A stretch of 64,000 bases of DNA from Sminthopsis crassicaudata (lineage: Eukaryota): the NCBI RefSeq assembly GCF_048593235.1, contig NC_133619.1, positions 24,504,454-24,568,453 of the forward strand, read 5' to 3'. Shown here piece by piece: positions 61,573-64,000 of the stretch. How positions within the stretch are numbered: the first letter of the stretch is position 1; each line of letters starts with the position of its first letter. The notes under the pieces are model-generated. The model was not told the DNA's origin, ran no database searches, and saw nothing but the letters and a program-made list of their open reading frames with translations. The position numbers and the translations under genes are program-made.

Positions 61573-63830
61573 GAAGCTTGGAACAGTATCTCCCCACCTC
61601 CAGGTAATCAGAGCACAAGTTTCATATAAAGGTCAAAATCAAGAAATAGGCTGAAAAATAGCAAGCAACAAAAAAGAAAACAATAACCCTACCAAAAAAG
61701 AGAAAGAAAAAACCATCAAAAACTACTCTGGTGACAGAGAAGACAAAAACATAAAAAAGACAACAATCTGAAAATAACTACAAAAAAAACCTATAAAAAT
61801 GTTAATTGAACTCAAGCCCAAAAAGAATTCCTGCAAGAGTTAAAGAAACAGATAATAGTTGTAAAGGAAATATTGGAGAAGGAAATGAGAATGGTGCAAT
61901 AAAATTATGAAAAAATGGGTTAGTAAAAGAGGCACAAAAAGGCTGAAGAAAACATCACCTTAAAAACAGAATTGATTATACTTTAACATATGTCACATGT
62001 ATTGGTCAACCTGCCATCTGGGGGAGAGGGGTTGGGGGAAAAAGGGGAAAAATTGGAACAAAAGGCTTGTCAATTGTCAATGCTGTAAAATTACCCATGC
62101 ATATATCTTGTAAATAAAAAACTATAATAAAAAAGAAAAGGAAAAAAAAAACAGAATTGACCAATTGGAAAAAGAGTTACCAAAACTAACTGAAGAAAAT
62201 AATTTCTTAAAAATTAGAATTGGGATAGTCAGTAATTCTGTGAGGCATAAAAAATAAACAAAACAAAATAAAAAAATGAAAAATCAAAGAAAATATAAAA
62301 TATCTCATACTGACCTGGAAAATAGATCAAGTAGATATAATTTAAGATTTATTAGACAACCTAAAAGAAAAAGCCTAGATATTATATTTCAAGAAATTAT
62401 CAAGGAAAATTGTGCCAATATCTTAAATCAGAAAGGTGAAATAGAAATTAAAAGAATCTACCAATCACTTCCTAAAATATATCCACAAATATAAACTCTA
62501 AAGAATATTATGAGCAAAGCAGCCAGATATAATTAAATATTTTTGAGTTATAGTCAGGATCACGCAAGATTTAGCACCTTATGATGGGAGAAAACATGTT
62601 ATGTTAAGAGAAGGAAAGGCTTGATAGAAGGTAAAATTGATAGGATTACAAATAAGAATAGATCTACCTAACACCTAAGAAAACTAAGTACAATCTTCAT
62701 GTGAGGGATTGGGGGGGGGGGGCTAAATATTTAATGAAATAGAGCACTTTCAAATATTCATTATGAAAAGACCAGAGGTGAATGGAAAAGGTGATATTCA
62801 AATATTAGACTCAAGAAAAGCATAAAAGACATATATGAAAAGTACTCCTAAGAGCCTCAATAAAGTTAAACTGTTTAAATTCCTATATGGGAAGGTGATA
62901 AATATAACTCCTAAGAACTTTATCATATTCCAGATTAAGGGAGACAGTAGTTATAAGCAAAGTAAACTTTTGAAGAGGAACAGGATAAAATGAAAAAATA
63001 AAGCAAATTACATGGGGTGAAGGGAAATACATAGCAAATAATCATAATTGTTAATGGGATTTCCAATTTATAAAATGAAACTGGTTAACAAAATGGATTA
63101 GAAACCAGAATTTAATAAGATGCTGTTGACAGGAAACACACTTGAAATAGAACACAAACTTAAATAAAGGGCTAGAGCAGTATCTAATGTACTTCAGTTG
63201 ATTTATAAAAAAATAAGCATTAATGAGCTCATTAATAGAATAAATAAAATATACATAACTAAAAGATATAAATAGGGAAACCACATTATGCTAAACCATC
63301 AACAAGTAAATAATATCAAAAATATTTCCATTAAGCTTATCCGATAAGGCTTCACTTCTTAAAGATACACCAAGAATATATCTGAGTCAAATTTATAATT
63401 TAAATGTCACTCTCCAATTGATAAATTGTCCATGGATATAAGTAGGCATTTTTCAAAAGAAATCAAAATTATCAATAGCTATATGAAAAATGTTCTCAAT
63501 CACTATTGTTTAAAAAATTCAGATTAAAACAACACTGAATTTCCACTTCGCACCTATCAGAAATTACAAATGCTAAAGGGGATGAGGAAAAAATAGGTAT
63601 ATTAATGAATTATTGCTGATCCATCCATTTTGGAGAACAACTTAGGTCTGTAAAGATATGCATACTCTTTAACTAAGCAATAGCACTAAGAGCTCTATGT
63701 TTCAAAGATATTCAAGAAAAAGGAAAGGGAAGTACATATACAAAAATATTTATAGTAGTTCTTTTTGTAATGGCAAGGAATTGGACTTCAAGGGGGCATT
63801 TATCAATTAGGAAATGACTGGGAATCTTGG
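61020..63830 (+). mobile_element. Old L1 (5'UTR, decayed ORF1, EN start, joined to ORF2 C-terminal region)
   Basis: ORF 62276..62494 'DLENRSSRYNLRFI...EIIKENCANILNQKGEIEIKRIYQS' is ORF1p RRM-like. EN 'aattgttaatgggatttccaatt...gacaggaaacacacttg' lies at ~63045-63150, with C-terminal motifs from ~63340. Confidence 0.85.
61976..62146 (+). mobile_element. 171-bp 5'-truncated L1 3' end inserted into the older L1, with perfect 14-bp TSD
   Basis: TSD aaaaacagaattga at 61962-61975 and 62147-62160, preceded by TT|AAAA (L1 EN consensus), with an A-rich tail. Confidence 0.93.
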
Positions 63831-64000
63831 CACAATTGGCCCCAACTTATTCATTCATTTCTATCCCAGCAACCAGTCCTTTGCAAAAAGGGAGAATCAG
63901 AATTAGCAATGATTTTTTTTTATTAGTAATGATTTTTTTACCTTGTTAGTTTCTATCCCCTCATCAAGGGCAAATAAATCAGCCTACTTTCCAATTATAA

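Noticed and set aside
1-64000. CRISPR arrays, tRNA/rRNA/snRNA genes, intact transposase or ERV genes
   Set aside because: None seen. The tandem repeats lack a repeat-spacer structure, the tRNA-like boxes belong to SINE heads, and all TE coding regions are disrupted.

Overview
AT-rich, CpG-depleted marsupial genomic DNA. It is probably an Australian dasyurid such as the Tasmanian devil, inferred from the OC1-type hAT MITEs, WSINE1/Mar1-type SINEs, marsupial L1, RTE, L2 and L3. The window has three N-gaps. About half of it is recognisable decayed interspersed repeat. The only confidently named gene-derived feature is a full-length, disabled SUMO2 processed pseudogene (~39126-40020, +). No complete protein-coding gene is visible. 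Several short exon-like segments with good splice signals (notably 29996-30025 and 40186-40252 on +) suggest the window may lie inside a large gene I could not identify. Most ORF-track entries are microsatellite, N-gap or decayed-LINE artefacts. I found no rRNA, tRNA or CRISPR, and no convincing novel biological system. The best leads are the candidate exons, the two OC1 MITEs and some unusual L1 architectures. Repeat family names come from recalled consensus similarity, not from a database search, and old-repeat boundaries are approximate.
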